Source: an uncultured Candidatus Rokubacteria bacterium (GTDB taxonomy: Bacteria > Methylomirabilota > Methylomirabilia > Rokubacteriales > DASRDR01). Taken from it: a stretch of 64,000 bases of DNA. The DNA lies in NCBI GenBank assembly GCA_963826115.1, contig CAWGVS010000012.1, positions 96,001-160,000 of the forward strand, written 5' to 3'. Position numbers and translations under genes: made by a program. The notes beneath the pieces are model-generated. The model did no database searches and was not told the origin of the DNA. It worked only from the letters and a program-made list of their open reading frames with translations. Below are positions 29,333-41,780 of this stretch, in pieces; position 1 is the stretch's first letter; each line of letters begins with the position of its first letter.

Positions 29333-29460
29333 TCCCGACTCTCCTTCCTCGCCCGCGATCGGCAGTGATCATCGAACTGCGACGCCGGCTCACTGGCGGC
29401 GCGCTCGTCGTCGCGGCGACCCCTTACTCGCCGACGCGACACGGGGCGAAAGTGGCCTGG

Positions 29461-29528
29461 ATTATAGAGCACTAACAAGACAGCGCAAGGAAAAAATGCT
29501 TGCGTTTTACTTTCGCGCCAGTGATGAT
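29461..29528. promoter_or_regulatory. Back-to-back divergent sigma70-type promoters of the polyamine cluster
   Basis: Minus strand TTGCGC-16-TATAAT (29488-29461); plus strand TTGCGT-17-GATGAT (29500-29528); AT-rich island in a GC-rich genome. Confidence 0.6.
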
Positions 29529-29604
29529 GACGGCCTGTCGCGGGCGAGAAAGAGGTTCGGGCAGGGCGCTCGCGTGTCGCGACTTGGCTGGGAGGGAGGT
29601 GCCG

Positions 29605-30087
29605 ATGTTCTGGAAGCAGGTGACCAAGGCCTCGATCACGGCGGGAACGGCCGAGGGCGGGACGCCGCTGAACGCGTTCGACAACGCGCTGCTGGCGGCC
29701 GGCATCGGCAACGTCAACCTCATCAAGGTCTCCAGCATCGTCCCGCCGGAGGTCGACATCGTCGATCTCCCCCAGATCAAGCCCGGGGCCTTGGTGCCCA
29801 CGGCCTACGCGGCCATGACCAGCTCGACCTCCGGCCAGATCATCGCCGCCGCCGTGGGCTACGCGTTGCCGGTGGACCGCACGAAGGCCGGGGTCATCAT
29901 GGAGTTCCACGACGTCACCGACCGCGGGACGGCCGAGGCCGCGATCCGGGAGATGCTCGCCGAGGCGTTCCGGGTGCGCGGGGAGACGGTGCGCGAGGTG
30001 AAGGTCGTCGCGGTGGACCACCGGGTCGAGCGGGCCGGCTGCGCGCTGGCCGCCGTCGCGCTCCTCTCTGAGGACGACCTCCTGTAG
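29605..30087 (+). CDS. pdaD: Pyruvoyl-dependent arginine decarboxylase
   Basis: LNAFDNALLAAGIGNVNLIKVSSIVP (S-S cleavage site), GVIMEF; GGAGG RBS. Confidence 0.92.
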   Translation: MFWKQVTKASITAGTAEGGTPLNAFDNALLAAGIGNVNLIKVSSIVPPEVDIVDLPQIKPGALVPTAYAAMTSSTSGQIIAAAVGYALPVDRTKAGVIMEFHDVTDRGTAEAAIREMLAEAFRVRGETVREVKVVAVDHRVERAGCALAAVALLSEDDLL

Positions 30088-30147
30088 GTCGCCGCGCCGG
30101 GGGCCGCCCGGGACCCCGGGCCCCCCCGCCACCCGCCACCGCCCAGC

Positions 30148-31017
30148 ATGGCCCTGATCCCGGCCCGACCGCGTTTCCTGTCCGCCCGCCCGGACGCCAC
30201 CGGGGCTGACGTGGTCCTCTGCGGCATCCCGTTCGAGGGCCGGGTCAACCAGCGGAAGGGCGCGTTCCAGGGGCCCGGCGAGATCCGCCGCGCCTCGGAC
30301 CTCATCGAGACCTACGCCCCGCACCTCGCGAAGGACCTGATGGACCTCGTCCTCGCCGACGCCGGCGACGTCGAGCTGCCCGACGTCGGACCCCGGGAGG
30401 CGCTGCAAGCCGCGGCCGCCGCGCTCCGCCAGGTGCTGGTGCCCACCCAGCGCTGGGCCCTCCTGGGGGGCGACCACACCACGACGGCGTCCGTCGTCGA
30501 GGTCGCGCTCGAGCACTTTCCCGACCTCCGCGTGGTCCAGTTCGACGCCCACCCGGATCTCCGTGGTGAGTACCTCGGCGAGTCGTGGAACTATGCGTCC
30601 GCGATGACGCGCGTCCTCGACCACCTCGGGCCGGACCGGCTCTACCAGATCGGCCTTCGCACGGGGGACCGCGAGGAGTGGGAGCCGCCCCGCGGCACCC
30701 ACGTGTATCCCGGCTGGGCGGGCACCGCGGCGGACGCGGCGGCGTCGATCGCCAGGGAGCTCGCGGGGCAGCCGCTCTACGTGACGATCGACATCGACGT
30801 GCTGGACCCGTCCGTCGCGCCGGGGACGGGCGCGCCCGAGCCGGGCGGCATCAGCGCGCCGGACCTCCTCGCGGCGCTCCGGCATCTCGGGGCCGCGCGG
30901 GTGGTCGGATTCGACCTCGTCGAGGTCTCACCGCGCTGGGACCCGTCGGGGCGGACCGGGATCACCGCGGCCGCGATCGTCCGCGACGCGATCCTCATGT
31001 GGTGGGGGCGGGACTGA
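30148..31017 (+). CDS. speB: Agmatinase-family ureohydrolase
   Basis: GPGEIR, LGGDH, FDAHPDL, IDIDVLDP-APGTG-PEPGG, DLVEVSP. Confidence 0.9.
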   Translation: MALIPARPRFLSARPDATGADVVLCGIPFEGRVNQRKGAFQGPGEIRRASDLIETYAPHLAKDLMDLVLADAGDVELPDVGPREALQAAAAALRQVLVPTQRWALLGGDHTTTASVVEVALEHFPDLRVVQFDAHPDLRGEYLGESWNYASAMTRVLDHLGPDRLYQIGLRTGDREEWEPPRGTHVYPGWAGTAADAAASIARELAGQPLYVTIDIDVLDPSVAPGTGAPEPGGISAPDLLAALRHLGAARVVGFDLVEVSPRWDPSGRTGITAAAIVRDAILMWWGRD

Positions 31018-31805
31018 TGGCCCGCCGACGGGCCCGCCGCCGCGCGGAGCCGTACGCCGCGCCCCTCTACTACCACATCGCGTTCGAGCTCAACCGGAAG
31101 ACGGAGACCGACTTCCTCGCCGCGTGCTTCCGGAAGTACGCGCGGGGCGCCGTCCGCCGCGTCCTCGACGTGGCGTGCGGCACCGGCCACCACAGCCTCC
31201 GCCTCGCCCGCCGCGGGTACCGCATGACCGCGCTCGACCTCTCGGCGCCGTCCATCGCCTTCCTCGACGGGGAGGCCGCGCGACTCGGGCTCCCGATGAC
31301 GACCGTCGTCGGGGACATGACCGACTTCCGCCTGCCCCGGCCCGTCGACGGGGCGATCTGCATGCAGGACTCCCAGGGGCACCTCCTCGAGACCGAGGCG
31401 CTCCTCGCCCACCTGCGGACCGTCCGCCGGAACGTGCGGCGGGGCGGCGTCTACGTCTTCGACCGCCTGGTGCCGAACGGCTGGAGTCCCGGGGCGCGCT
31501 GGACCTGGACCCGGCGGCGCTGGGGGATCACGGTCCGCACGAGCTTCCAGACGCTCCTCGACTACGACGTCGCGCGCCAGGTGTGCCGGGAGGTCATGCG
31601 GTTCGAGATCACCGAGAAGGGCCGGACGCGCGCCGTGGTCCAGCGGCACCCGACGCGCATCGTCTTCCCGCAGGAGCTGCGCGCCCTCGTCGACGTGGCG
31701 GGTGGCTGGGAGCTCTGCGGCTGGTTCTCGAACTTCAGTTTCAAGCAGCCTCTCGAGAAGAGCGCCGCGGCGATGGTGATGATCGTCGTCCTCCGCGCCC
31801 GCTAG
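31017..31805 (+). CDS. Class I SAM-dependent methyltransferase
   Basis: VLDVACGTGHH, ALDLS, GDMTDF, GGVYVFD; ATG overlaps the speB TGA. Confidence 0.9.
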   Translation: MARRRARRRAEPYAAPLYYHIAFELNRKTETDFLAACFRKYARGAVRRVLDVACGTGHHSLRLARRGYRMTALDLSAPSIAFLDGEAARLGLPMTTVVGDMTDFRLPRPVDGAICMQDSQGHLLETEALLAHLRTVRRNVRRGGVYVFDRLVPNGWSPGARWTWTRRRWGITVRTSFQTLLDYDVARQVCREVMRFEITEKGRTRAVVQRHPTRIVFPQELRALVDVAGGWELCGWFSNFSFKQPLEKSAAAMVMIVVLRAR

Positions 31806-31876
31806 GCGACACGCCGCCGTCGGCCACGGGGCGCGCGCGTGTTGCGCGAAGCGCCCGGAGGTGAAAGGCTGACCGG

Positions 31877-33061
31877 GTGACGCGACTCGTCCTCCGGCCC
31901 CAGCACGAGGCGCGGGTCCGGGGCGGGCATCCCTGGATCTACCGGGCCGACGTCCTGCGGCTCGACGGCCCCTGGCGGGAAGACGAGGCGGTGACCGTCT
32001 TCGCCGCCGACGGGCGTGTCCTCGGGCGGGGCTTCTACAATCCCCGGCCCCAGATCGTCTGCCGGCTGATCACGCGCCACGACGAGCCCGTCGACGACGC
32101 CTTCCTCCGCGGCCGGTTCGCCGCGGCGTGGGCCCTCCGGGGGACGCTCGGGTACGACGGCGACGCGACCCGCGTGGTCTTCGGCGAGGGCGACCGCCTC
32201 CCGGGTCTGGTCATCGACCGCTACGGAGACGCCCTGGTCCTCCAGGCCCTGACGCGCGGCATGGCCGCGCGCGGCGCGCGGCTCGCCGAGCTCGCGGCCG
32301 AGGTCACCGGCGCCCGGGCGGTGTACCGACGCGCCGACCCCACCGCCGCCGCCATCGAGGGCTTCGAGGACCGGGCGGGCTGGCTCGTGGGCGAGGGCCC
32401 GGCGACGGTCGAGATCCGCGAGGGGCCCTGCCGTTTTCACGTCGACCTCGAGGCAGGCCAGAAGACCGGCTTCTACCTCGACCAGCGGGAGAACCGCGCC
32501 GTCGTCGCCGCCCGGGCAACGGGGCGCGCCGTCCTCGACGCCTTCGCGTACACCGGAGCCTTCGGGGCGTGGGCGCTCCGGCAGGGCGCCGCCTCCGTGC
32601 TCGCGCTCGACAGCTCGGGCGCCGCCTGCGAGCGAGCCGCGGCGCACCTCGCGGCGAACGCGCCGGCGGGCGGCGCCGCCGCGCACGAGGTCGTCGAGGC
32701 CAACGCCTTCGACGGGCTCCGCGCCCTCGAGCGCGACGGCCGCCGCTTCGACCTCATCGTGCTCGACCCGCCGCCCTTCACGCGGCGGCGGGCGGCCGTC
32801 GACGCGGCGCTCCGCGGCTACAAGGAGATCAACCTGCGGGCGGTCCGCTGCCTCCGCCCGGGCGGCCTTCTTGCCACCTTCTCGTGCTCCCACCACGTGA
32901 GCCCGGCGCTGTTCGAGGACGTCTGCCGGACGGCGATCGAGGACGTCGGGCGCCCGGTGCGCGTCGAGGCGCGGCTCGCGCAGGCGCGCGACCACCCGGT
33001 GCTGCTGGCGGTGCCCGAGACGCGCTACCTGACGGGGCTGCTCCTGGAGGTCCTGGAGTAG
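31877..33061 (+). CDS. rlmI: RlmI-like 23S rRNA m5C methyltransferase
   Basis: GHPWIY (PUA), EGDRLPGLVIDRY, GQKTGFYLDQREN, LDPPPF, TFSCSHH, PETRYL. Confidence 0.88.
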   Translation: MTRLVLRPQHEARVRGGHPWIYRADVLRLDGPWREDEAVTVFAADGRVLGRGFYNPRPQIVCRLITRHDEPVDDAFLRGRFAAAWALRGTLGYDGDATRVVFGEGDRLPGLVIDRYGDALVLQALTRGMAARGARLAELAAEVTGARAVYRRADPTAAAIEGFEDRAGWLVGEGPATVEIREGPCRFHVDLEAGQKTGFYLDQRENRAVVAARATGRAVLDAFAYTGAFGAWALRQGAASVLALDSSGAACERAAAHLAANAPAGGAAAHEVVEANAFDGLRALERDGRRFDLIVLDPPPFTRRRAAVDAALRGYKEINLRAVRCLRPGGLLATFSCSHHVSPALFEDVCRTAIEDVGRPVRVEARLAQARDHPVLLAVPETRYLTGLLLEVLE

Positions 33062-33074
33062 ACGGGCGCGCCGC

Positions 33075-33703
33075 TCAGGGGCCCGCCGCGCGCCGGGCCC
33101 GGACGCGGTAGACGAGAACGACCCCGGCCGCCACGAGGCCGACCACGACGATCCCGAGCGCGACCGCGTTGTAGCCCATCAGCACCTGCTTCGCCCACCC
33201 GAGATGCGTGCCGGCCAGCACGCCGAGCCCGACCACGAGCGCGTTCCACACGATGACGGACAGGCCCGCCCACCACAGCACCTTCCACGCCGAGAAGCCG
33301 GCCAGCCCGGCCGCCGGCATCACGAGCGCCCGGATCCCCGGGAAGAACCGGGACACGGCGACGGCGGCCACGCCGTAGCGGTCGAACCAGCGCTCGAGCA
33401 GCGCCAGCCGGTCCACGTTGACGAGCCGCCCGAAGCGTCCGAGGAGGAGCGCCGGGCCCCAGCGCCGCGCCACCCAGAAGATGGTCATGACGCCGACCTG
33501 GGTGCCCAGGATCGCGGCAAGCAGCACGAGCTCGTGGCCGAGCCGGCCCCGGCCGGCCAGGAACCCCGCGTAGAGCACGAGGACGTCCGTGGGCCACGGG
33601 GGAAGAAGCTCTCCAGGACGCAGCTCAGGAAGATGAGCGCGTAGATCGCGAGCGGCGGGATGCCGGGATCGAGGACGAGCTCGGCGAGACGCTCGAGATC
33701 CAC
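33075..33703 (-). CDS. DedA family membrane protein, split by a 1-nt deletion near 33600
   Basis: N-terminal frame ends ...LESFFP and a second frame continues PWPTDVLVLYAGFL...WFDRYG...SRFFPGIR. Adding one C to the C run restores ESFFPPWPTD. Confidence 0.85.
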
Positions 33704-33718
33704 GGGCGCGCTGTCGCC

Positions 33719-34426
33719 CTACGCGCCCGGCTTGGCCGCGTCGCGCTCGACGGCGAAGGGGAGCGCGAGCACCCGGGGGAGCTCCCCCAGCCGATGATGG
33801 AACTCGAGCACGAGATGCCGGGCCGAATCCCGGAGGCGCAGGAAGTAGACGAAGCCCTCGAGCCGAGCCCCGGGCTGGAGCGTGCCCATGGGGAGCGCCC
33901 GGAGGTAGACGTCGGTGACCACGGGCGGACCCGGATAGTACCAGGGCCATCCCCACCAGCCGTACCGGTCCCACCACCAGTCGGAGGGCTCCGGCGCGAC
34001 GCGCCGGCGGATGACCGGCGGCGGGGAGCTGATCGCGGCGAGTCGCACGCCCTCCTCGACGCGCCAGCGGAGGATGCGCTCGACCTCGACGGGCGGGAGC
34101 GCCGTGTACTGGAAGCGTTCGTCGTCGAAGAGACGGAAGCTCGTGTAGTCGAAGTCCACCGGCGCCGCCGCGCCGTTGGAGAGGCTCACCAGGAACGGCG
34201 TGATGTAGTCCCGGAGGTCCCACGGGCTCCCGCGCCAGGCCGAGGGCTGCACGATCAGCTCGACACCCTCGGCCGCGACCCGGGCCGCCCCCTGGCTCGG
34301 GTCGACCTCGACACCCGTTGCCGGCACGGGCACGATCCGCGGCGCCGCGCACCCGGCGAGGAGCGCCAGAGCGAGCCCGGCGACGACACGGCTCCGAGGC
34401 GCGAAGGCGCCCCGCGGGCGCGTCAC
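33719..34426 (-). CDS. Hypothetical lipoprotein
   Basis: Lipobox LLAGC after a hydrophobic stretch; Trp/Tyr-rich loop; LQPGARLEGFVYF. Confidence 0.75.
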   Translation of the reverse strand: MTRPRGAFAPRSRVVAGLALALLAGCAAPRIVPVPATGVEVDPSQGAARVAAEGVELIVQPSAWRGSPWDLRDYITPFLVSLSNGAAAPVDFDYTSFRLFDDERFQYTALPPVEVERILRWRVEEGVRLAAISSPPPVIRRRVAPEPSDWWWDRYGWWGWPWYYPGPPVVTDVYLRALPMGTLQPGARLEGFVYFLRLRDSARHLVLEFHHRLGELPRVLALPFAVERDAAKPGA

Positions 34427-34432
34427 GACCCG

Positions 34433-37120
<2,688 letters not shown>

Positions 37121-37203
37121 AGGTTCCACATGATACCATCGGCCGCCAACGGGGCTCCGGGCGACCCCGAGACGCCCGGGCCGCGGGGAGGACAGACCGT
37201 TCC

Positions 37204-38139
37204 ATGAAGAAGTGGCTGCGCCGGGCCGCCCGGCTGGCTCGTCCCTTCCGGGTCGCGGACGGCGGGCGCTTCCGCCTGTCGTCGATCGATCCCGGGGACA
37301 CGCGTGGCTTCGACTCGAAGCGGAACGCGCGAAGCCACCTCACGCGCGGCGTCGAGCTCCTGGGGGAGATGCAGGAGAAGCTCTACGCCCAGGACCGGTG
37401 GGCGCTCCTGCTGATCTTCCAGGCGATGGACGCGGCCGGCAAGGACGGCACGATCAAGCACGTCATGTCGGGCGTGAACCCCCAGGGGTGCCAGGTGTAC
37501 TCGTTCAAGGCCCCCTCCGACGAGGAGCTCGACCACGACTTCATGTGGCGCACCACCTGCCGCCTTCCCGAGCGCGGCCGGATCGGCATCTTCAACCGCT
37601 CCTACTACGAGGAGGTGCTGGTCGTCCGCGTCCATCCCGAGATCCTCGCCCGGGAGCGCCTGCCGGCCTCGCTCGTGACCCGCCGCCTCTGGCGGGAGCG
37701 CTACGAGGACATCAACGCGTTCGAGCGCTACCTCGTGCGGAACGGCACGGTCGTCCGGAAGTTCTTCCTCCACGTCTCCCGCGAGGAGCAGCGCCGGCGG
37801 TTCCTCGAGCGCCTCGACGAGCCCGAGAAGCACTGGAAGTTCTCGCTCGGCGACGTCCGCGAGCGCCGCCACTGGGCGGACTACATGGCCGCCTACGAGG
37901 ACATGATCCGCCAGACGAGCACGCCGGAGGCGCCCTGGTACGTCGTGCCCGCCGACCACAAGTGGTTCACCCGTCTGGTCGTGGGCTCGGCGATCCTCGA
38001 GGCGCTCGCCGGCCTCGACCTCGCCTTCCCGACCGTCGAGCCCGACCGCCTGAAGGAGCTCGAGGCCGCGCGGGTGACGCTCGCGAACGAGGCGCCGGAG
38101 CGCGGTCAGGCGGCCGGGCGCCGCCGCGAGTCGACGTAG
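37204..38139 (+). CDS. ppk2: Polyphosphate kinase 2 family protein
   Basis: FQAMDAAGKDG, SFKAPS, IFNRSYYEEVL, KFFLHVS, APWYVVPADHKW. Confidence 0.94.
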   Translation: MKKWLRRAARLARPFRVADGGRFRLSSIDPGDTRGFDSKRNARSHLTRGVELLGEMQEKLYAQDRWALLLIFQAMDAAGKDGTIKHVMSGVNPQGCQVYSFKAPSDEELDHDFMWRTTCRLPERGRIGIFNRSYYEEVLVVRVHPEILARERLPASLVTRRLWRERYEDINAFERYLVRNGTVVRKFFLHVSREEQRRRFLERLDEPEKHWKFSLGDVRERRHWADYMAAYEDMIRQTSTPEAPWYVVPADHKWFTRLVVGSAILEALAGLDLAFPTVEPDRLKELEAARVTLANEAPERGQAAGRRREST

Positions 38140-39404
38140 ACGTTCTCACCGCGCGTCTCCCGGAAGAAGAGGGAGGCCAGGCACGCGCAGAGGACGAGGA
38201 CCGCGGAGGCCGCGAAGCTCGCCTGGTACGCCTCGACCGGGTAGACTCGCGCGCCCGCGAGGGTCACCCCCGCCCAGTGGGCGTCGAGGATCGCGCCGAG
38301 CGGCCCCTGGGTCAGGGCGGCCCCCACGAACCCGCCGAGGTTCACCGCCGCCACCGCGATGCCGGCGAGCTCCGGCGGATTGACCTCGCGTCCAAGGGGC
38401 CACGTCAGCACGAAGGCTGCGCCCACCAGCCCCATCCCGAAGAGCAGCGCGTAGAGCCCGCCGAGCGGCAGGCGGCCGAGCGTGAGGACGAACACGGTCC
38501 AGCCGACGAAGTGGAGCGCCGTGAGAACCGTGTACGGGAGGCGCCGGCGCCGGAGCATGCGGTCCGAAACGAATCCGGTCAGCGGCCCGGCGATCAGGAG
38601 CGCCAGCGACGTGGCGGTCGCGTAGAGCGCCGCGTCCGTCATCCCGAGCCCGTAGACGTCGCGAAGACAGGGCACGATCCAGAAGATGAGGTTGTTCGTC
38701 GCGGAGTAGAGGAAGAAGAACGCGAGGAACGGCGGCCAGGTGTGTCGGTTCCCCAGCACCCGGCCGAGTCCCACGAAGACCGCGGCCCAGCCCGGCGCCG
38801 GCGCAGCCGCCGCCGGGTCGGCGACCGGTGGCCGGTCACGAACCAGGGCGACGCAGGCCATCGCGCCGGCCAGGGTGACCACCCCGACCGTGGCGAACGC
38901 GCCGCGCCATCCGAGACCCGCCGCGAGCCCGGCCATCGGCGCCGTCGCCACCAGCCCGCCGAGGACACCGATCGCCGCCGTCGTGGCGGAGAGGGTCCCG
39001 AAGTACGCCGCGGGGAACCACGCCGCCGCGATCTTGAGGGAGCCAACGAACATGACCGACGCCCCCGCGCCCACGAGGAAGCGCCCGGCGAAGAGGAGCG
39101 GGAAGCCGGACGCGAGAGCCATCATGAGCGTCCCGCCACCCATCACCAGGCCGCCCGTCGCCACCACCCACCGGGCGCCGAACCGGTCCAGCAGCACGCC
39201 GGCCGGGATCATCAGCCCCGCGTAGGAGTAGTAGTAGGTCGCGGACAGGAGCCCGATCAGGGTGCCCGTCGCGCCGAACGCCTGCATGAGCTCCTTGGCG
39301 AACACCCCGGGCGCGGCCCGGTGGAAGAACGCGAAGAGGAACAGGAACGCGGAGACGCCCCAGACGAGCCACGCGCGCGGGGGCGGGCGGCTCGCGCTCG
39401 TCAC
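38106..39404 (-). CDS. MFS transporter
   Basis: GVLLDRFGAR motif A, GRFLVG, GFVSDR; about 12 TM segments. Confidence 0.92.
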   Translation of the reverse strand: MTSASRPPPRAWLVWGVSAFLFLFAFFHRAAPGVFAKELMQAFGATGTLIGLLSATYYYSYAGLMIPAGVLLDRFGARWVVATGGLVMGGGTLMMALASGFPLLFAGRFLVGAGASVMFVGSLKIAAAWFPAAYFGTLSATTAAIGVLGGLVATAPMAGLAAGLGWRGAFATVGVVTLAGAMACVALVRDRPPVADPAAAAPAPGWAAVFVGLGRVLGNRHTWPPFLAFFFLYSATNNLIFWIVPCLRDVYGLGMTDAALYATATSLALLIAGPLTGFVSDRMLRRRRLPYTVLTALHFVGWTVFVLTLGRLPLGGLYALLFGMGLVGAAFVLTWPLGREVNPPELAGIAVAAVNLGGFVGAALTQGPLGAILDAHWAGVTLAGARVYPVEAYQASFAASAVLVLCACLASLFFRETRGENVYVDSRRRPAA

Positions 39405-39450
39405 GCGGGGCTCGCGGGGAGGCGGCGTCGGAGCCGCGGCGGCGCCGGGG

Positions 39451-39936
39451 TCAGCGCGGCCGGGCGGCCCAGCCCGCCCGGTTGTTGCGGATCTGGTTCG
39501 CGTGCACGTGGCCGTGATCGGCGTAGATCCGGAGCCACGCCTCCGTGGAATACGGGCCGCTCTCGGTGTGCGTCCCGGTGCGGCGCCAGTCGGCGTCCGT
39601 CATGGACTCGAGGAGCTGCGCCGTGGTCGTCCGGGCCGCCTCGAACGCGCGGAGGGCCGGCTCCCACGCGCGCTCCTGGTAGCGGAAGTGCCGCGCGTAC
39701 TCGGCCTCGTCGTAGCCCTGGATGGCCGGGTTGTTCTCGATCAGGAGCCGCCGGAGCCGGACGCCCGAGATCGTCTCGCTGTCGGCCAGGTGGTGGACCA
39801 CCTCGCGGGCGCTCCACTCCCCGGGGGCCGGGCGCCAGTCCCGCTCGTCGGGGCCGATGCCCGCCAGCGCCCGCACCACCTCGTCGTAGCCCGCCTTGTA
39901 CTTCGCGATCAGCTGCTGCCGTTCTGCCGGGATCAT
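39451..39936 (-). CDS. DinB/YfiT family protein
   Basis: PAPGEWSAREVVHHLADSE, YDE, HGHVHANQI. Confidence 0.88.
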   Translation of the reverse strand: MIPAERQQLIAKYKAGYDEVVRALAGIGPDERDWRPAPGEWSAREVVHHLADSETISGVRLRRLLIENNPAIQGYDEAEYARHFRYQERAWEPALRAFEAARTTTAQLLESMTDADWRRTGTHTESGPYSTEAWLRIYADHGHVHANQIRNNRAGWAARPR

Positions 39937-40039
39937 GTAGCGCCTCCTCGATCGATGGGAACGTGGCGCTCCCGTTGTCTCGCACTCGTCCGGCGCCGTC
40001 AACGGGGTGGTCGGGAGGTCGCCGGACCGGCGGTCGCCG

Positions 40040-40573
40040 CTAGAGCTCGGTCGCCTCGTCGAGGCCGCTGTCGCGGCAAAGCGTCCGGAGCACCTGGCGG
40101 ACGACGTCGCCCGGATACCCGCGGCGCCGAAGGTAGTCGTGGAGCCGCTGCGCGGCCCGATCGGGGGCGCGGCGCCGGAGGATCGCGAGGCGCCGGGCCG
40201 CGGCGACCTGGGCCCGCGCCAGCTCGCTCGTGTCCTCGAACGCGTGGGCCAGGGCCGCCTCCACGAGCGGCCGGGCGACGCCGCGGGCGCGGAGCTCGTC
40301 CCGGAGTCGCTGGCGACCGAACGACCGCCCGCGCGCCCGGGACTCGGCCCAGGTGGCGGCGAACGCGCGGTCGTCCACGTAGCCACGCGCCTCGAGGTCG
40401 GCCACCACCGCCTCGGCCACGTCCGGAGGCGCCCCTCGCCGGCGAAGGCGAGCGGCGAGATCGCGTCGCGTCCAGGCTTTGCGGGCGAGCAGATCGAGAG
40501 CGACGGTCCGGGCCCGGCGGGCGTCGAGCGCCGGCCGGGCCTCCCCGCGTCTGGTTCCGCGAGATGCAGTCAC
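40040..40573 (-). CDS. recX: RecX regulatory protein
   Basis: [34 protein letters not shown]; immediately downstream of recA. Confidence 0.9.
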   Translation of the reverse strand: MTASRGTRRGEARPALDARRARTVALDLLARKAWTRRDLAARLRRRGAPPDVAEAVVADLEARGYVDDRAFAATWAESRARGRSFGRQRLRDELRARGVARPLVEAALAHAFEDTSELARAQVAAARRLAILRRRAPDRAAQRLHDYLRRRGYPGDVVRQVLRTLCRDSGLDEATEL

Positions 40574-40605
40574 GGGCGCTCGGCCGTGACCGCCGGATCC
40601 GGTCG

Positions 40606-41655
40606 TCAGGCCCCGTTCGCGACGGGCTTGAGGCCGACGGCGTGGCGGACCGCAGTCTCCATCTCGGCCAGCATCTTCGGGTTGTCCTTGAGGAACTTCC
40701 GGGCGTTGTCCCGGCCCTGCCCGATGCGCTGGTCGCGATACGAGAACCACGTGCCGCTCTTCTCGACGAGCCCCTGCACCACCGCGAGGTCGAGCACGTT
40801 GGCCTCGCGGGAGATCCCCTCGCCGTACATCACGTCGAACTCGGCCTCGCGGAAGGGCGACGCGAGCTTGTTCTTCACCACTTTGACCTTCGTGTGGACG
40901 CCGACCGATTCCGTCCCCTGCTTGAGGGCGTCCATCCGCCGGATGTCCAGGCGAATCGAGGCGTAGAACTTGAGCGCGCGGCCCCCCGACGTCGTCTCGG
41001 GGCTGCCGAACATGACGCCGATCTTCTCGCGGATCTGATTGATGAAGATCACGGCGGTGCCGGAGCGCGCGATCGCGGCGGTGAGCTTCCGGAGGGCCTG
41101 CGACATGAGCCGCGCCTGGAGCCCCGGCAGCGACTCGCCCATCTCGCCCTCGAGCTCGGCCTTCGGCACGAGCGCCGCGACGGAGTCGATCACGATGACG
41201 TCGATCGCGCCCGAGCGGACCAGGTGCTCGGTGATCTCGAGCGCCTGCTCGCCCGTGTCGGGCTGCGAGATCAGGAGCTCGTCGATGTTCACGCCGAGCC
41301 GCTTGGCGTAGATGGCGTCGAGCGCGTGCTCGGCGTCGACGAACGCCGCGTAGCCGCCCGCGCGCTGGGCCTCGGCGATGACGTGGAGCGCGAGGGTGGT
41401 CTTGCCCGAGGACTCCGGCCCGTAGATCTCCGTCACCCGTCCTCGGGGAATCCCCCCGATGCCGAGCGCCACGTCGATGGTGAGCGCGCCGGTCGGGATG
41501 ACCGCCGTCTCCTCGAGCGCGCCCGAGGCGCCGAGCTTCATCACGGCGCCCTTGCCGAACTGGCGCTCGATCTGGGAGAGCGCCAGCTCGAGGGCCTGCC
41601 GCCGGTCCTTGTCTGCCTTCGATTCGGACTTCGACTCCGCCTTGGATTCCGCCAT
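40606..41655 (-). CDS. recA: Recombinase RecA
   Basis: [48 protein letters not shown]. Start 41655 (GGAGG RBS); the in-frame ATG at 41721 is an alternative. Confidence 0.98.
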   Translation of the reverse strand: MAESKAESKSESKADKDRRQALELALSQIERQFGKGAVMKLGASGALEETAVIPTGALTIDVALGIGGIPRGRVTEIYGPESSGKTTLALHVIAEAQRAGGYAAFVDAEHALDAIYAKRLGVNIDELLISQPDTGEQALEITEHLVRSGAIDVIVIDSVAALVPKAELEGEMGESLPGLQARLMSQALRKLTAAIARSGTAVIFINQIREKIGVMFGSPETTSGGRALKFYASIRLDIRRMDALKQGTESVGVHTKVKVVKNKLASPFREAEFDVMYGEGISREANVLDLAVVQGLVEKSGTWFSYRDQRIGQGRDNARKFLKDNPKMLAEMETAVRHAVGLKPVANGA

Positions 41656-41730
41656 CACGTCCCTCCGTTCGTCCCCGCGCGACCTGCGGGCCGCCGGGCT
41701 TGGTCGCGAGTCCTGCTCCATGTCGGCGCC

Positions 41731-41759
41731 ATTCTAGGAGGGCCCCACCGACATGTCAA
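41731..41759 (-). promoter_or_regulatory. sigma70-type recA promoter
   Basis: Minus strand TTGACA-17 nt-TAGAAT. Confidence 0.82.
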
Positions 41760-41780
41760 CAGAAGATGAGTACGCTACCG

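Noticed and set aside
41610-41655. AESK/SESK repeat at the RecA N-terminus
   Set aside because: Short low-complexity extension; variable N-termini are common in RecA.
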